DNA of 29,499 bases, from assembly GCA_964545865.1 (NCBI GenBank), contig CAZJHL010000001.1:1-29499 (forward strand). Direction: 5' to 3'. Position 1 is the first letter of the stretch. The number at the start of each line of letters is the position of its first letter. Both the position numbers and the translations under genes were made by a program. Under the pieces are notes generated by a model. That model was not told where the DNA came from. It saw only the letters and a program-made list of their open reading frames with translations, and made no database searches. Origin of the DNA: Candidatus Micrarchaeota archaeon (GTDB lineage: Archaea; Micrarchaeota; Micrarchaeia; CABMEP01). Shown piece by piece: positions 27,026 through 29,499 of this stretch.

Positions 27026-27173
27026 GCCCGAGTAGCTCAGTGGTAGAGCGCCTGAGATACTTCTTAAAGAAAGAAGTTTCATCAATAAATTTCTTTGATG
27101 AAACTTTCTTTGTAAGGAAGTTTCGGCGAATCTCGTAAACAGGAGGTCAAGGGTTCAAATCCCTTCTCGGGCT
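27026..27173 (+). tRNA. tRNA-Thr(CGU), intron-containing
   Basis: Exon 1 is 27026-27054 and exon 2 is 27131-27173. The spliced cloverleaf has acceptor GCCCGAG/CTCGGGC, discriminator U, D arm GCTC/GAGC, anticodon stem CCTGT/ACAGG with loop CT-CGT-AA, and T arm AAGGG-TTCAAAT-CCCTT. CCA is not encoded. Confidence 0.95.
27055..27130 (+). other. 76-nt tRNA intron at non-canonical position 30/31 with a full bulge-helix-bulge motif
   Basis: Central helix CGCC/GGCG, bulges TG|A and AA|T, outer helix GAG/CTC. The intron folds into a long hairpin with a perfect 12-bp core AAGTTTCATCAA/TTGATGAAACTT. Confidence 0.92.
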
Positions 27174-27217
27174 TAGAATTAAAATACTTAAACCAATAAT
27201 ATAGTAGAGGGATTTCA

Positions 27218-27514
27218 ATGGAAAGAGTTTACAAAGTAGAAAAAAGCAAGAAGAAAGAATTGGATGCATTGATGGCGAAGGACCCGTATGCACCTATATC
27301 GTTCGGTAGAATCGCTCCTTTGCTCAAGGAGAAAGACGACCTTATATTCATTTATGTAAAGTCAGAAGAGGAGCCAGTGTTCAAATTCGTAGAAGAACAA
27401 CTCAAAACAATAAATGGAGAAAGAGCGAGTGAAAAAGAGGAATCTGAGATAATAGAGATGATACATAAAGAGGAGGAATCTGCAGCAGGGGGATTTGGCG
27501 CTATATTTGAGTAA
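27218..27514 (+). CDS. Hypothetical protein with an acidic/GFGAIF C-terminal tail
   Basis: 98-aa ORF with the RBS GAGGG and composition like the core genes. Confidence 0.8.
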   Translation: MERVYKVEKSKKKELDALMAKDPYAPISFGRIAPLLKEKDDLIFIYVKSEEEPVFKFVEEQLKTINGERASEKEESEIIEMIHKEEESAAGGFGAIFE

Positions 27515-27573
27515 TGCTGGTTGAATGGATAGAATAAACAGCTATTAGAATCCGAATATTAGAAATGTTAATG

Positions 27574-27637
27574 AGATGATGAATCTTATGAGTATTGAGG
27601 ACTTATGTCCAATGAAATAGGTCTTGAGTTCTGATCT
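27574..27637 (+). ncRNA. Box C/D guide sRNA with two guides, predicted to direct tRNA C34 2'-O-methylation
   Basis: Terminal stem AGA/TCT; box C ATGATGA at 27576-27582; 12-nt guide at 27583-27594; D' TTGA at 27595-27598; hairpin GGAC-TTAT-GTCC; degenerate C' ending in TGA at 27613-27615; guide to 27630; box D CTGA at 27631-27634. Fully intergenic. Confidence 0.88.
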
Positions 27638-27679
27638 GTCAAATAATACAAATCAACTAATAAACAAAGGCGGTATAGT

Positions 27680-28207
27680 ATGGTGACTCTTAGGGAGCTT
27701 CTAAGCGGAAGGATAAGAAAGGAACTTGAAATAAAAGAGAATCAACAAGTATCCTTTGCAGAAACAGTTACGCCAGCGTTTATTGGCGGATTACTGATCG
27801 GCATAGTTCTTGGAATACCTGGCCTGAATATATTGTTTCCGCTTGCGGCGATTGGAGGCTACTACGCTGTTGCTCTTGTAAGGGATTATTATGAGAAGTA
27901 CATAACAATACAAGATGCAATGAAAGTAGGTATAATAACTGGTTTCATAGGTGCGTTGATAGGAACTGCGATAATGGTAATCATAGCGATCCTTTACGGA
28001 GACGCGATCGCAATATTCTATAGAAGCATATTCGATTTTGAAACTGCTAACATAATGCTGATTCTTTCAGGTATAGACCCGTTCCTTACAATAACTACAT
28101 TGAAGCTAAGGTTCGTAGCGAACCTTGCGATTGGAATCGGTATGGGTGGAGTTGGCGGTGCGTATTTCATTAAAAAACACATGGAAGCGAAGGCAGATAA
28201 GAAATGA
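27680..28207 (+). CDS. Polytopic membrane protein with Gly-rich TM helices, function unknown
   Basis: 175 aa with about 4-5 hydrophobic GxxxG-rich segments. Confidence 0.75.
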   Translation: MVTLRELLSGRIRKELEIKENQQVSFAETVTPAFIGGLLIGIVLGIPGLNILFPLAAIGGYYAVALVRDYYEKYITIQDAMKVGIITGFIGALIGTAIMVIIAILYGDAIAIFYRSIFDFETANIMLILSGIDPFLTITTLKLRFVANLAIGIGMGGVGGAYFIKKHMEAKADKK

Positions 28208-28296
28208 TGTAGTTCTGTAAGGTAAATGTAAGGTTTATAATCTCTTTCCGTCTAATATTAGAATAAGCAAATTCAGAAATTTGCAGTTTTTTATAG

Positions 28297-28530
<234 letters not shown>

Positions 28531-28551
28531 CCTCGTTTTATTACTTATTTT

Positions 28552-28610
28552 CCTGCATGCAGCATTAGGGCTAGTATTAGCTTTGCCTAATGCTTACTGA
28601 CAGGTTTTTT
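28552..28610 (+). terminator. Stem-loop followed by a T-tract (terminator or structured RNA end)
   Basis: AGCATTAGG/CCTAATGCT 9-bp stem with an inner GCTA-GTAT-TAGC hairpin, closed by CCTG/CAGG and followed by T6. Confidence 0.5.
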
Positions 28611-28648
28611 AATCTTATTTTGTTAATTTATTTATACATGTTTAATAA

Positions 28649-28720
28649 GGGCCTGTAGCTCAATGGTAGAGCGCATCCATGGCATGGATGAGGCTGCGCG
28701 TTCGAGTCGCGCCAGGTCCA
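28649..28720 (+). tRNA. tRNA-Ala(GGC)
   Basis: Acceptor GGGCCTG/CAGGTCC with the G3-U70 alanine determinant and discriminator A. Anticodon stem CATCC/GGATG with loop AT-GGC-AT. T arm GCGCG-TTCGAGT-CGCGC. No intron and no encoded CCA. Confidence 0.96.
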
Positions 28721-28746
28721 TAGATAGATTAAATGGAGGCGACTGG

Positions 28747-29271
28747 ATGCCACTTGCAGTTAAAAAAGCAGCAGATGTAAAGCTTAAACCTGAATGGAAC
28801 GAGGAATTGGAGCACTACAAAAAGAAATGCAGATTTACTGATGAAGAAGCCAAATTCATTTCTGAATTATCAAGAAAGCTTAACCTATCTCCACAGAGAG
28901 TAATTGAAACGATCGGACTGAATTCCCCAAGAGGAAAACTCAATGTTGAAGCGATAGATGACCTTAAAATATCTATTCCTGAAATAGAAAGAAGATTAGG
29001 TGAAAACAAAAGAAAACTAGAAAAGATGAAAAAAGAAAAGGAAGAAGAAAAGAGTAAAGGAGTAAAGGGATTTTTCAATAAGATAAAAGATATGGTATTA
29101 GAGGAAGAAAAATTGTTAGAAGTTGACATAAAATTAGATGAACATAGATTAGAGAAATACAAAAAAATAAAATCAGTCTTAGAAGAGCTTAGCAACAACC
29201 CTAAAAAAGATGAAATAACTAAAAAAATAAACAAGCACACTAATTTCAAACCAGCTACTGAAATACTCTAA
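28747..29271 (+). CDS. Hypothetical coiled-coil protein
   Basis: Start moved to the ATG at 28747 (RBS GGAGG) because the track start at 28663 lies inside tRNA-Ala. K/E-rich. Confidence 0.7.
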   Translation: MPLAVKKAADVKLKPEWNEELEHYKKKCRFTDEEAKFISELSRKLNLSPQRVIETIGLNSPRGKLNVEAIDDLKISIPEIERRLGENKRKLEKMKKEKEEEKSKGVKGFFNKIKDMVLEEEKLLEVDIKLDEHRLEKYKKIKSVLEELSNNPKKDEITKKINKHTNFKPATEIL

Positions 29272-29309
29272 ATTTATTGCAAAAATAATTATCATTAGAG
29301 GGTGAAGCG

Positions 29310-29499
29310 ATGAAGGATTGTATTTTTTGTAAGCTTGCGGAAATGAAAGAGATTTATGTTGTGGAAACTGAGCACTTATTCGCAGTATGGGACAAATATC
29401 CTGTCTCAAAAGGACATGCGATGATAATTCCTAAACGACATATAGTTAATATGTTTGAAATGAGCAACGAAGAAGCAGACGAATTGCCAGAGATGCTAA
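29310..29499 (+). CDS. HIT (histidine triad) family protein, 3' partial
   Basis: Hand translation MKDCIFCKL...DKYPVSKGHAMIIPKRH gives the CIFC and P..xGH.LIIPKRH HIT signature, with RBS GGTGA at 29301. It runs off the window before the HxHxH motif. Confidence 0.88.
   Translation, partial: MKDCIFCKLAEMKEIYVVETEHLFAVWDKYPVSKGHAMIIPKRHIVNMFEMSNEEADELPEML

Noticed and set aside
19249-27173. Integrated provirus or genomic island at tRNA-Thr
   Set aside because: The orphan block lies 5' of the tRNA. No duplicate of the tRNA 3' end (att site), integrase, capsid, terminase or replication gene was seen.
28202-28210. Second box C-like word (ATGATGT) after the membrane gene
   Set aside because: It overlaps the stop codon, deviates from the consensus, and has no box D or terminal stem at a suitable distance.
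28552-28605. H/ACA guide RNA (ACA at 28600-28602 before the T-tract)
   Set aside because: There is no K-turn or K-loop in the upper stem and no clear pseudouridylation pocket, and the ACA overlaps the closing CCTG/CAGG stem.
28663-28746. N-terminal extension of track ORF 28663..29271
   Set aside because: It overlaps the full tRNA-Ala cloverleaf, and a better start with GGAGG exists at 28747.

Overview
Archaeal chromosomal window. It is most likely from a DPANN archaeon, probably Micrarchaeota-like; this is inferred from the retained exosome, reduced Rpp30 and L15e, a group-3b-type hydrogenase and a non-canonical tRNA intron. Left part: ferredoxin (partial), a hydrogenase maturation protease, a [NiFe]-hydrogenase large subunit and an unusually short small subunit, an HExxH membrane protease and an MGMT-like protein. 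Next comes the conserved archaeal exosome/proteasome superoperon on the minus strand (rpl15e-rpp30-pop5 // psmA-SBDS-rrp4-rrp41-rrp42-rpl37ae-rpoP-Brix-pcc1-pfdB), split between pop5 and psmA by about 8 kb of mostly AT-rich orphan genes. A second orphan block (19.2-27.0 kb) lies on the other side of rpl15e. Each block holds one protein of about 1,050-1,080 aa. The two share only an N-terminal leader of about 60 aa, and both end in a domain resembling a transmembrane beta-barrel. Right part: tRNA-Thr(CGU) with a 76-nt intron at position 30/31, a previously unmarked box C/D guide RNA whose two guides point by the +5 rule to wobble C34 of a CAU tRNA and of tRNA-Leu(CAA), an Sm-like gene, tRNA-Ala(GGC) and a partial HIT gene. 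No CRISPR array, integrase, transposase or rRNA was seen. All family calls come from motif recognition by eye; no database search was run.
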